This document shows, piece after piece, positions 12,735 through 26,100 of a stretch of DNA of 64,000 nucleotides. The number at the start of each line of letters is the position of its first letter. The stretch's first letter is position 1. Position numbers and translations under genes: made by a program. Origin of the DNA: Ginglymostoma cirratum (Eukaryota); contig JAHRHZ010000002.1 in NCBI GenBank assembly GCA_024137785.1, forward strand, positions 23,221,408 through 23,285,407, in the 5' to 3' direction. The notes under the pieces are model-generated. The model did not search any database. It saw only the letters and a program-made list of their open reading frames with translations, and had not been told where the DNA came from.

Positions 12735-13370
12735 AATGCTTTATTCATTATCTATAAGTAAATACAACAAGTACAAAACAGTTTAGTACAGACTTAGCAG
12801 AATAAACAGTCGAATTCTGACATTCCTCATTAGAGCTTCAATCCAGTTGCAACAATGAAGGCATTTTCTAAACATGAAAGGAAGTTATTTACATTCCCAA
12901 TAAGGCTACGAGGATATCTCAAAACCTAACCGACCTTTGTTATATTTTGGCAGAAAGACCTTAGACAATGGTCTTTCCCCACTGTGCCTTGGCAGCAGCT
13001 GCCTCAAGTTTTAGTACATCCCTCAGCACGTCCTGGATCTACTAGTCTGCAACACTTGTTCAAGGTCAATTTTTTGCACTGGGCTTTGTGTCAAGATGCA
13101 TTGAATAGATGTGGTTTATCTAGGTTTTGAGGATTCAGATCAAGGAGGTAATCACTGCCCAATTCATGTGAACCTTCCTCAGAAATGTTAACTCTGATTT
13201 TTTCTTCACAGATGCTGCCAGACCTCCTGAGCTTTTCCAGCAACTTCTGTTTTTGTTCCTGATTTACAGCTTCCACAGTTCTTTCAGTTTTTAATTCACG
13301 TGAACCTCCTTGAGATCATTGAAGACAGCAAGTTTCTGGCCAGGGAGCCCTGAGAAATAGAGGGAGTTGC
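12735..13370 (-). mobile_element. Tx1/L1-clade LINE 3' end, interrupted by a short element
   Basis: Minus strand reads ..VLRDVLKLEAAAAKAQWGKTIV*, a Tx1-type ORF2 C-terminus; related 3' UTR pieces at 14260-14470 and 50810-51040. Confidence 0.6.
13176..13292 (+). mobile_element. Short Penelope-derived element (subfamily 2)
   Basis: 15-bp TSD AATTCA(T/C)GTGAACCT at 13161-13175 and 13293-13307; CACAGATGCTGCCAGACCT..TGAGCTTTTCCAGCA. Confidence 0.7.
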
Positions 13371-13857
13371 TTTTAAAGTACAGTGCATACCATTTATCTG
13401 TGATAAAAGGTGTACAAAATAATGTCTTCACCCTGGTCTGTTTTTTTGCTACTATATTAATACCATTCCCGTTTATAATACAATGAAGTGTTATCTTTGA
13501 GAATAAACATCAGAGTGCAGTTTGTGTTTTTGGAAAGGCTTTAGATTGTAATCACAATTACTAACTAATAAAAGATTAGTGTAACACAATTACCCTTTCA
13601 TCACTCTATTTACTGTTTGCAGGTCAAATGGAACAAGGGTGACTTATTAACATACATTCATTAAACTAGTAGCTAGATAAAGGACCCATAGCTCCCTACA
13701 GTGAGAGGGCTGTCTTCATCCTCACTCAATAAATAGTTACTGTTTCCTTTGCTGAAACTGTCCTTGTAGAATTCTATGCAAGGACATTTTATTGAAGAGA
13801 AAGTATTTGGCCCCTATTCAAGCCCTGAGTATCTTTACTTTCCTATCTTTAACCTAG

Positions 13858-14133
13858 ATGGTCAGAGTATGGCGGCCTGCATTCTTCATCAAGTCACCAG
13901 GCGTCTGGTGCACTCCAGGAAGGCCTTTCTCAGCCTACTGTCCATTGCCTCAGCTGCCAATTCCTCCACTGAAACACACACTGGAACGCTACCTCCTGGC
14001 ACTGCAGCCTCTCGTGACCCCAGAAGAGCTGGAACAGACAAGGGAGATAGTGAGAGAGTTCAGTAGACCCCATAGTATTGGATCAAAACTACAGGACAGG
14101 CTGGAAAGGCGATCAAGAAGGACTGAAAACTGG
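13858..14133 (+). CDS. CRAT: CRAT-like coding exon A (MVRVW...RTENW)
   Basis: Acceptor cctag|ATG; donor TGG|gtacgt; 276 nt; LPQLPIPPLKHTLERYL. Confidence 0.92.
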
Positions 14134-17100
14134 GTACGTATTCTGATTGCCAGTGGAAACACTACGGGGCAGCTATAATTCCTTGCAGCATTCCCAGAAT
14201 GAACGTGGAGCTGGAGAAGGGAGAGTTTTTGAAACTGGAATGTTTTCTTAATTTCAAAAATATACTTTGTTCATAAAAAATATCTTTATGTATACATACA
14301 GTTACAAACAGAGTTCCATTCTGTACAGAGGCATATCAATGAAGCAAAAACATTGGAATTTGACACTATCCAACAAAGCAAAGACATCTCTTGAACGTGC
14401 ATGACTATGGTATATTTACATGCATCTGAAGCACTAGGAGTGTCCTATGACTGAATGGGCCCCCACAGAACATCCATCCACTCAGGATAGCACTGAGTGG
14501 TCATCCCAGTTGATTAAATATGTAAATGCCATCTGTCTTCATGCACTAATAGGTGTTGGTGGCACCCTGCAATCATTGCCATCCTGGGTTTCCTTCCAAC
14601 CACCCAATGTTCCAGATTCTTGAAGTCCTGCTGTTCCTCAAGCAGCTCATTGGAGTTACTACGAACTCATACAGATAGGTCACATGTGGCCCTTGGAAAT
14701 GATTGGAGCATTTACACCGAATGTTCCAATCATTTCCACTCTCCAAATGGCGACCCAGAACTTCTACCTTGTATATGGAAGTAACCTCCCACCTGAAAAG
14801 GGTCGAGGTGCTTTTAAAATGGTGAAGCCAGCATTGAGTGTTCATTAGGGTAACTGGGCTAATGACCCTATTTAGAGGTCATTATCAATCCTGTTAACAC
14901 AAGTTAAGAATTGCTATAACAATTGACTCTTACTGCATCATTGCTAATACTTAGTGCCACTCATTCTGTCCTTCCTGAATACAGTTATTGTTGTGTGGCC
15001 CTTTCTTATTAGTTCAAACACCTCACACTTCTGGATATCTCAATCTTTGAATCTCTCACTGTTTCTTACCTGTATCCTTTCTTGTCATCTCTGCCATCAT
15101 TCCCTTTTCTTCCATTTCAGCTCATGGACTGGTGGCTCCAGAATGCTTATCTTGAGTGTCGACTTCCGCTGGCTGTTCACTCAAATCCTGCTGTAGTGCT
15201 GCCCAAACAGAACTACAACGATTGGAAAGGACAGCTCAGGTAGGAAAAGGTACCACACAAACCTTGGCCGTTGCCCAATCATTCATTCGCAACTCATTAC
15301 CTGGCAGCCTCATCCATCCCATTTGGTTGAGACAAAGTTCAACGTTATTAGTATTTTACCTTTTTTTCAACATGTCTGTTAAGACTTCCTTATTTGTTTC
15401 TTTGACTTTCCCAAATATCTGTCTCACCATTTAGTGCCAGGTTGGATGGCTTCTCAGCTGCTTGCATTGAACTTCCTTTAAAAACCATAGCTTTCCAATA
15501 ACTCCAGCTGCCTGTATCTCTTTGTAACTTGCTGCTCCAAATGCACCATCTAAGAATTTTAATTTTATGACAGTAGGTGGGATTTGAACTCCGGTCTCGT
15601 GGCTCAGAAATGGGGTACCACTACTGTGCCACAAGAGCCTTCCATTTGCACTTCATACTATTCCTCCTGAATTAGTGTCACGTGCACACTCAGTCATACA
15701 ACTCTGTCTTTTCCTTCATCCCAATAATTGATAAACGTGGCTGAAAAGTTGAAACCCTAGAGCAGATGTATTGACAGGCTTGATTTACAAAGTCAGGGTT
15801 GGATCTGAGATCATGGAGTGCAGTGTCAGTTCAAGGGTAGATAGGTTAGAATGGGTAAAGAGGGGGGTAATAGAAATTGAGGCGACCAATGTCACATCAA
15901 CAATTCTCAATGTACAGGATGAGAGCAGGTAAAAGGCCAGCGGGAGGATCAAGGTAGAGGGAGAGTGTTGGAAGCAGGTGAAGGGATCTATGGGACAGGG
16001 ACAGGACTCCTGTCCAAAGAAATGGGCATAGAGGCGAAGGCAATGGAAGAAGAGTTCAACGTCATGTTGTGCCTGAAATGCTTTAAGGTGGAGGTGCAGA
16101 GGGATAAAACAGATTCCTTTGAGGACAGAACATTCAGCATTAGGAGAGCTAAAGGTCAGAGGGATATAAATACACAACAGGAAATGGGTTGGCAGAGGGG
16201 AAGGAGTCAGAGGGAAAGAGATGGAAGGAATGTTTCAGAGGAGTATGGGTATCTCTAAGTCGTTGCATCTTGTGTTCCTGAATGCCTGAATAAAAACTAA
16301 CACGTTTCTGGCCACCACTAACCACCAAGTCCCACAGTTATCTTGACACTACATCCTCACCACCCTGCTTCCTGTAATGCATTCTCCCAGTTCCCCCATC
16401 TCTGTCGTATCTGTTCTGATGATGCCAACTTCAACAAGGGGGACTCCACAATGTCCACCCTCTTCCTCAACAGAGGATTCCTCACCACTGTATTTGACAG
16501 GGCCCTCAGCCATTTGTTTGCATCTTTTGCTGCCATTTCCACCACCTCCAGCAGGATGCAACCACCCTCCTCTTCCTTGTCAGCCTCCCACAAGGACTGT
16601 TCCCTCTGGAACACCCTGGTCCACTCCTCCTCCACTCTTGACACTTTCCCCCATCCCTCCCGGCACCTTTGTCTGCAATTGCAGAAGGTGTAACACCTCT
16701 TTACTTCCTCCCTCCTCACTATCCAGGACCCCAGGCACACCTTCCAGGTGAAGCAGCTATTTGCCTGCACTTCACTCAATGTAGTCTATACTATTCACTG
16801 CTCACAATGTGGTCTCCTCTACATTGGGGAGATGAAGCACAGACTGGATGACTGTTTTGCAGAACACCCACATGCTGTTTGCAAAAATGACCCTGAATTT
16901 CCACTTGCCTGCCATTTCAACACACTATCCTGTCCCTTGGCCAACATCTCTGTCTCAGGCTTGCTGTAGTGCTCCAGCAAAACTCAACACAAGCTGGAAG
17001 AATAACACCTCACTTACTGCTTGGGAACCCTGCAACCCTCTGGACTCAATATCGAGTTTAACAATTTTAGGGCTGAGCACCTTTTCCCATGTCCTCACCC

Positions 17101-20100
17101 CAGTCCCCACTCACCAGGCCTTCTCATCACATGGGCAGCTACCACAAACAATTCATTATGGTCTCCAATAGTAGCTATTCATTCTCCCAGGCTTACCTTT
17201 AACCATTCCCTTGTCTCTACAACTTTTTTTTCCCTCTTTGGGCTGCATTTCCACCTATCGTTGACCCCTCCCCCTTCACTCTACCCCTTCTTTAGCATCT
17301 ATACCAATATTTTCCCATCTACAATCAGTCCTGAACAAGGGTCACTGGACTTTGAAACATTAATTCAGCTTCCTCTTCACAGATGCTGCCAGACCTGCTG
17401 AGGTTTTTCCAGCTATTTCCATATTTGTTTCTGATTTTCAGCATCCACAGTTCTTTGATTTTTAGATTTAGTTTTGAACTTGATCAAAGACTGGGCATCC
17501 ACAGCCTTCCAGGTCAGAGAATTCTCAAAATTCACAACCTCCTAATGAAGAAATCTCCTCAACTGGCCCTAAAAAAACTACCCTACCATTATGCTAACAT
17601 AATGATTGTCTACAAGTATCGATGTTAATAATTCTTGTTTACTTGGGGAAAACGACAACCAAGATTGCAAACCAGAACAGCAATGATGTTCCTAACTTCA
17701 GCTTGTTCAGTGCAACTTAATGTCACTCCCTTACAACTGCAATTAAACTGTTTATTAAAGCTGATTTTCACCCATTATATTATTGATGTATAAAGTAAAA
17801 TATCCTGACAAGTCTTGCCACTAATTCACCTCCTGCATTTGTTTATATATTTAGATGTACAAGTTGATATTGGTGATGATGATTGAATGTTCCTTTGCTG
17901 TAATTGGGTTGCAATTCTGATTCCTTCCAGTCCCCGATCTCAGAGTAACTTAGCCACTTTGTAATGTTTCCTTTCCTTACTGTGATTCCTTTCCTCCCTC
18001 AGGTTTGCAGCTAAACTAATTGCTGGAGTTCTCGACTTCAAGTCTAAGGTTGACAGGCAAGTTCTCCCAACTAGCTCCATTGGAGTTTCCCAAAAGTCAA
18101 TGGATATCAATACAAGTGTGATTCCTGGAAAATGTGATATATTAAGTGTCTGATCCATGGACAGTGTAAGCAATGACATGTACACAACAGCCATTCGTTA
18201 TTTAAATTCAGGAAAATCTTGTGGAATTTGTCAGGCATTGCGTGGAGTAACATTCGGTCCTGAGCAGTTGCTTTCCTAGAAATATTAATAGATGCAGCAC
18301 AGATACAGGCTGCCATCCCATCAGGTCTGTGCTGGCTTTTTGAAAGAACTGTCTAATTTGTCTTGGTCCACTATTCTTTCCTCATAGCTGTATCAATTTT
18401 TCCGTTTTCACATGGGAAAGTGTGCAAACAAATAATGTTTTCATAGCCCTGACCCTTTTAGGCCACGTATTCTGCTTTTGTCCATCTGACTCTTTTTGTG
18501 TTTACTGATAAAATAACAAGACTCATTTGGTAATAACTGCAACTGGGAATGTAGGTGATTAAGACAAACACACTTTTTAAACAAAAAGGACGTATTGAGC
18601 AATAATGACTAAAATTCCAGAAGGCGAAGTTAAGAGATATTTTGCTGAAGTAAATAAGCAGCAACTATTTCCACTGTTAAGAGATCAGTGATCAAAGGGC
18701 ACAATTGGTAAAAGAACGGAAAGGGAGATAAGGAAAATATTTCTTACACAGTGAGCCAAATGATTAGTTCAGTCAAACTGCACAGCTGATTATAATCCAT
18801 CGAAATAACATTGCATCACATCGGTTGTGATTTTGAGAAATTTTGATCATCGGCGGCACAGTGGCTCAGTGGTTAGCACTGCAGCCTCACAGCGCCAGGG
18901 TCCCGGATTCGATTCCAGCCCCAGGTAACTGTCTGTGCAGAGTTTGCACATTCTCCCCGTGTCTGCGTGGGTTTCCTCCGGGTGCTCCAGTTTCCTCCCA
19001 CAGTCCAAAGATGTGCAGGTTCGGTGGATTGGCCATGCAAAATTGCCCATAGTGTTCAGGGGTGTGTGGGTTATAGGGGGATGGGTCTGGGTGGGATGCT
19101 TTAAGGGTCGGTGTGGACTTGTTGGGCCGAAGGGCCTGTTTCCACACTGTAGGGATTCTAATAATGAAGGCCAAAACAAGGAACAGGCATAAAGCATAAG
19201 CATGTACCTGACACAAAGGAAGAGGGTTGTGGTTGTTGATCATTCAGCTCCAGGACATTATTGCAGCAGTTCCTCAGGATTGTGTCCCAGGCCTCCACCT
19301 TCAGTTGCTTCATTAAGCTGCTCTTTCAATCACAGAGTCAGAAGTGGAGGTGTTTGCTGACAACTGCATAAGGTTCAGCACTGTCCACAACTCCTCAGAT
19401 ACTGAAGTAGTCGATGTGAAACTGCAGCAAAAACTGAACAATAGCCAGGATTAGGCTAACAAGTGGCAAGTAACATTTGTACTGCGCAAATGCAAAGTAA
19501 TGACTTTCTCCAAGAAGAATCTAGCCATAACCATTTGACATTCAATGATCTTACCATCACTGAATACCCCACTAGCAACATTAACCAGAAACTGAACTGG
19601 ACTAGCCATATAAATATGATGACTACAAGAGCTAGATCAGAGGCTAGGAGACCTGCAGTGGGTCACTCGCCTCCTGTCTCCCCAAATCCTGTCCACCATC
19701 TACAAGACAGAAGTTTAGGAGTGTGATGATATACTTTCCACTTGCCTGAATTAGTGCAGCTTCAGTAACCACACAAGAAGCTTGATACTGTCCAGGACAA
19801 AGCAGCTCACTTGATTTCCACCCCATCCACAAACATTGACTCCCTCACCACCAATGCTCAGTAGTTCAATATGTACTAGCTACAAGATGCACTGCAGAAA
19901 TTCACCACGGCAAACTTACCTCCGTTTCCATCAAGGAAGGGTAGCAGAGACATGGGAATGCCACAAGCTGCACATTCCCCTCCATCCTGACTTGGAAATA
20001 TATCATTGTTCCTTCAGAGTCACTGGGTCAAAATTCTGAAACTCCTGTCTGAATGGCATTGTGGGTCTACCGAATGGACTGCAGTGTCATAAGAAATTAG

Positions 20101-23100
20101 GTTACTGTCACCTTCTCCAAGTCAACTAGAGATGGGAAGTGAATGCTGGCTCAGGCAATGAAGCTCACAATTCATTAAATAATTTTTAAAAGATTAAAAT
20201 CATAGCATCGTAGTGCACAGAAGGTGGCCATTCAGCTTATCGTGCCTCTGCTGGTGATTTGAAGAAATGATCTAATTTAACCCCACTCTCCCCGCTCTTC
20301 CCCATGACCTGAGAATTTATTTCCCAATTCAAGTATTTAACCAGTCCTTGTTTCAAAGTTATGATTAGAAATGCCTGTATCACTCTTATGGTCAGCATTT
20401 TCCAGATCATCGCAGTTTACTGCATAAAAAGAAAATCAAACTTCTTGGTTCTTTGCAAATTATTTTAAACCTGCATCCAGATTCTAAATCTTACCTGTAG
20501 GCAGCTTTTTAGCCACATTTAGTACCATCCTATTCCTACAAGTTCCCTTCACATGGGTCTCTGTGTGGTTATGATTGCAGCTGATGGTAATAGTGGACAA
20601 GTCAGAAACCAGAATGAACCCTGGCTTAGTAGATCATATATTTAACTTTGGCAGTTAGTTACAGTGGTAGTTACTCGCTGAAACATACTCATACAATGCT
20701 GCAGATGTTCTTTAACAGAACATAAACTCGTTACACAAAAGGAAAAAACAACAATTCTAAATGTTTATATTTACGACGAATAGAAAAATCTTAAACAGCA
20801 AAACAAAATTTCAACTTGTTTCCCAACGTCATCTTTTACAGATACTCATTTCTATAGAAATTTCACTCTTATCTCTTTAAGTTTTACTTAACTCGTGCTT
20901 TCCTGCTTCTTTGAACTGTTGAGCCAATTTTACAATTTTTTTGAGTCTGTTTGTATGAATCTTTCACAATTCTAATGGTGCAGATTTTCTTTTGGTTGTA
21001 ACAACTTGTTGATTTCTATATGAACTCTCCTGGATTAGAAGCTTCACAAACTAAACACACTTCAGCTAGCATTATAGAGTGATAAAGTCATAGAGTTGTA
21101 CAGCACAGAAACACTCTTCAGTCCAACTCATCCATGCCAATCAGATATCCATATTAATCTAGTCCCATTTGGCCCATATCCCTCTAAACCCTTCCTATTC
21201 ATATACTCATCCAGATGCCTCTTAAATGTTGTAATCTTACCAGTCTCCACCACTTCCTGTGGGTGCTCATTCCATACTCGCACCACCCTCTGTGTGAAAA
21301 CGTTGCCCCTTAGGTCCCTTCTATTAGCTTTCCCCTCTCACCTTAAACCTATGTCCGTAATTAGTTTTGGACTCCCCTGCCCTGATATTCACCCTATCCA
21401 TGCCCCTCATGATTTTATAAACCTCTCTAAGATGTTCCCTCAGCCTCTGACGCTCCAGGGAATGCAGTCCCAGTCTATTCAGCCTCTCCCTGTAGTTAAA
21501 ACACTCCAACCCCAGCAACATCCTTGTAAATTTAAACCAAGAGGGAAAAGATTTAAAAAAAGAACTGAGGGGTGACTTTTTCATGCAGAAGATGGCGAGT
21601 GTATGTAACAAGCTGCCAGAGGAAGTGGTGGAGTTGGGTGAAATTACAATATCTAACAAGTGTTTGGATGGGTATATGATTAGGAAGGGATTAGAGGGAT
21701 ATGGGTCAAATGCTGGAAAATGAGACTAGGTAAGATAGGGGTGTCTGGTCAGCATGGACAAGTTGGACCAAAGGGCCTGTTTCCATGTTGTATGACACTA
21801 TGACTATCTCCAGCATCTGCAATTCCTTGTTTTGTTTTGCTAAGGTGACTGGTTCCATTGAACTGATGTGAAAAAAAAGATTTTCTGCACAGGCAAATTT
21901 GTTATCCCTTCTGACCTGAATTCTTTTGAACTGAACTGAAGTCTAAAGCCAAACTAATGGTCTCCGGTTATTTGTAAATTCAGCAGAATAAGCCCTCATC
22001 CATTCACATCGTTGTTATCTTGGCAAGAACTTGACTGAAGGTACTTGCATTTGTGAAAATTATGTATTTCAGTCAATGTTTCAAATAATTTTCTAACCCC
22101 TTTATTAGAAAAAGTCTTCACAGAACTTGACAAAATCCATCTGTCTCTACTTTAAAGCCTAAATCCCAAGTGAAAATATATGGCTTATCTTTTGTCATAG
22201 TTATCAGTGTAAACTTGTTGGATTCCCTAAGATTGATGGTAGCTAGAGAGTCTAGTGTTTGCTTTTTTTTCTTAAAAATTAAACTATTTTCCACTACTTT
22301 GGAGACAGTCCAAAGACAGTTCACTAGGTTGATCCCCAGAATAGAAGGATTGATTTATGAGCAAAGATTAAATAGGTTGGGACTCGACTCACTGGAGTTA
22401 AAAGGAATGAGAAATTATTTCATTTAAACATAGGATTTTTAAGGGGCTTGACAGGTAAATGCTGAGAGAATGCTTCCTCTCATGGGAGAGTCTCGGACCA
22501 GAGAGTATAGTCTCAAAATAAAGGGGGTGCTGATTTAAGACTGAGATGGTGAGGAATTTCTTCTTTCAATACTGTGAGTCTTGCCACAGAGCGCTGTGGG
22601 GGGCAGGGTCATGATGTATATTTAAGGCTGAGAGAGATAGGTTCCTCTATTCATCCAGAATCTATCAATTCAAAAGGCAGGAAAGAGGATGTGAGGAATG
22701 TCAGATGAGCCCTGATTCTATTGAATGGTGGAACAGGCTTGAGGGGCCAAATAGCCTACTCCTGTTCCTATTTCTTGTGGTCTTTCATCTCATGGTTTGT
22801 TTGGTTATTATTGCAAGCCGTTTCAATTTGCTGCTGTCTCTATGAACTCCCTCTCTGTTTGTTTTTAGAAAAACTCTTCCAACTGAGTACATAAGAGGCA
22901 AACCTCTCTGCATGGATCTGTACCCCAGAATCCTGTCATCTTGCCGCATCCCAGGACCCAAACATGACACTTTGATAAACTATGGATTCACGAGGAGCCC
23001 ACCAACTCATGTCACAGTGGTCCGCAATTTCCAGGTAAAGTCCAAGAATGCCAACACAAATACTAATGTAATACTAATCCTATCTGAAACTTTCCATCCT

Positions 23101-26100
23101 TATTATCGATGCCTTATTTATTGGTGTACAAAGTACATTCTTTTATCACATTTATCCCTCAACTAAAAGCACTAATACAGGCTTCTGCCACAACCACAAT
23201 GATATTTGTGCAATCTTTCCATGTACAGAAATACAAATGTTATTGCACTTCAAAATTGACTTGACCTTCCATGGAGTGGACCCTGGACCAGATGATTATC
23301 ATAGAGGCCCCTGGAACAAAGAACAAGGTTTGCCGGTTCCTCACCTCTTGGAGGTCTGTCTTGATATCAATCCTTATTGTGTGCAGCAGACTATGTTCTG
23401 CAGCTGTATGGGAGTCGGGACAATTCCACCAACTCTCTCTTTCACCTTCTGAAAACTTCTGAGAATGAAGAACTTCTTGATCTTGGCTTTTGCCCCTATG
23501 AACCGGAGGGTCAAAGAGGGGTCTCACCATTTGTCAACCTTTGTAATCCCTTTTGAGTTCCTCAGTGTTTTCTGGGGTCGCCAGTTTGTGCTCGGCTTGT
23601 ACATTTTCCTGCCACTCTTCTAGTCCACCTGTCAGCCAGCAGGAGGCAGTATTCAGAGATGAGCACTGACTTGACGTTAATGGATCTGATGGTCGAAGCT
23701 CAGGACACAAACAGGATGTTTATCCTAAAATGAACAGACTCATGACCAGGTGTATCCACACTGAGCTCCGTCTATAGGGTTGCTGATAAGTATAAATGTT
23801 GTCTCACCTCGCCTGCTCCTCTCAATGATGTATGTTTTTGTTTTCTTTGGGTCTTACAGAAATTAAATATAGTTTTCAAACTGGTTGTGAAGATAAAATT
23901 TAATTTGCTGAACATTAATCAAATATTTCACTTCTCAAGTAGATAACTCCAAGTTAATAATTACAGTAGATTCACTTGGTAATTGTAAAATTAATCATAT
24001 TTCTAATTTGCCATTTTCAGCCAGTGATGGTGGTTTTATGCTATTGCTCATTGAACAGTTTGTTGAGTAAGAATCATAGAATCCCTACAGTGTGGAAACA
24101 GACCCTTCGGCCCAACAAGCCCACACTAAACCTCAGAGCATCCCACCCAGACTCATCCCCCATAACGCACCTGATGTACATATCCCTATGGGCAATTTAA
24201 CATGGCCAATTCATCTAACCTGCACATCTTTGGACTGTGGGAGGAAACCAAAGCACCTGGAGGAAACCCACGTAGACATGGGGAGAATGTGCAAACTTCA
24301 CACAGACAGTCGCCCGAGGCTAGAATTGAACCCAGGTCCCTGGCACTATAAGGCAGCAGTGCTAACCACTGAGCCGCCTAAAGCAATATTGCTTTACAAA
24401 TGTCTTCCGCCTTTTTAAGGAGGAAAAATAACATTTTGGGGCCATCATAAGATGTTTTGAGTACAATGGAATTGATGGGCTTTACATTTTAAATGTCAGT
24501 AATTCTTCCCAAGCTCTACTGTCAATGGGTCTCCTACCTTTAACATTCCTGCCTCTGCAAGAAAAACTTGTCCAGTTGAACTTTGGACTAAAACTTCAAC
24601 TGGGAGAGATTTCAGATCATTAAAGGAACTTATTCAGCAATGCCAGATATAGGCATGGTCTTAGAATAAAATGCCTTTCCTCTCTCTCTCAGGAGTTTAC
24701 AAACTCATAAAATTATATCAGGATAGAATATATTTGCAGGTATGTCCTAGCAGAAACATGCCTAAATTAAGCAACATGATACAAACACATGAACCTAAAA
24801 TTAGGAGCATGAGCACAGGAGTCCTATAATAATCCTAGAATATTGTTATCAGTTTTCAGTTCTTGGGAATTCAGTGTGATCCGAGAATACTCTAGTAAAA
24901 GCAAAATACTGCAGATGTTGGAATCTGTATCTGAATATTTGCATCATTTGTAACAAAATAGATGAAATATGAGCACTGATATAAATAAATATGTATGGCC
25001 TGATAGTCATTTCAGAGACACAGCTGGAAGCTCCAAACCCACTACCACTTCCATCTAGAAGGACAAGGGCAGCAGATATATGGGAACACCACCACCTCCA
25101 AGTTCCCCTCCAAGCCACTCACCATCCTGACTTGGAAATATATTGCCACTCCTTCACGGTCGCTGGGTCAAAATCCTGGGATTCCCTCCCTAATAGCATT
25201 ATGGGTCAACCCACAGCAGGAGCAATGCAGCGGTTCAAGAAGGCAGCTCACCACCACCTTCTCAAAGGCAACTAGAGATGGGCAAGAAATGCTGGCCGAG
25301 CCAGCGATGCCCACATCCCACAAAACGAATAGAAAAAAACATGCTGACCAACGCTGGGACCTGATTGTTGAAGAGCATTTGATAGATCTGAATTGCAGGA
25401 AGCTAGGAAAACATAATAGGTAGTTTTGTCAATTATGAATGGCATTACTTCAGTACTGAGAAAAACTTTAACTTGAAAGATTGACATGTAGGATCTATAT
25501 GGATTCAGGTAAGAAATGGCATGGGGAAGAGGTCACTCATGGCAGTTATTTCTTGGTTGTCTAAAAGTAGCTATAATTTAGGAGAGAACATGCAGGAAGA
25601 AATGAAAGGGACATGAGAAAAAAGTACCACAGTAATTTTAATCGAAGTGTAGGTTGGGAGAAACATATTAGGAAAAAAAAGCCTTATTTACAGAGTGTTT
25701 TTGGATTATTTTTTGCATAGGACGGTCTCGTGCCAACTACAGAGAATCTGTACCAGTCCTGGGAATGTGCAACAAGACAAGATTAATAATTAAACTCATG
25801 GGTTAAAGGAACACCTAGATGACAGTGATCAAAACATGACAGATATTACATGTTCCATTTGAAAGGGAGCAGCGTGTATTCACAATTGGTGTTTTAAACT
25901 TGATTAACAGTAATTATAAGGATGTTAAGGCATAGCTGTCTAAGATGGACTGGGAAATTAGGTTAAAAGCTAGACAGTTTAGTTGCAATGTCAGAGTCTT
26001 ACAGGCATGTTTAGTGATGCTCTGCAAAGGTTTGTCTCACAAAGAAATAACACTCATTGAGGAAGATGCATCATCTGTGGCTAACTAAAGAAGCTAAGGG

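Noticed and set aside
18852-18925. tRNA gene
   Set aside because: tRNA-like A/B boxes continue straight into a SINE body and tail, so it is a SINE head.
18843-19243. Overlapping 69-118 aa ORFs; similar ones at 24092, 53915-54408, 56042-56394 and 58451
   Set aside because: Chance translations of HE1 SINE copies.
23237-23530. ORFs of 63-96 aa as a nested antisense gene
   Set aside because: Sequence matches a decayed Tx1-type LINE ORF2.
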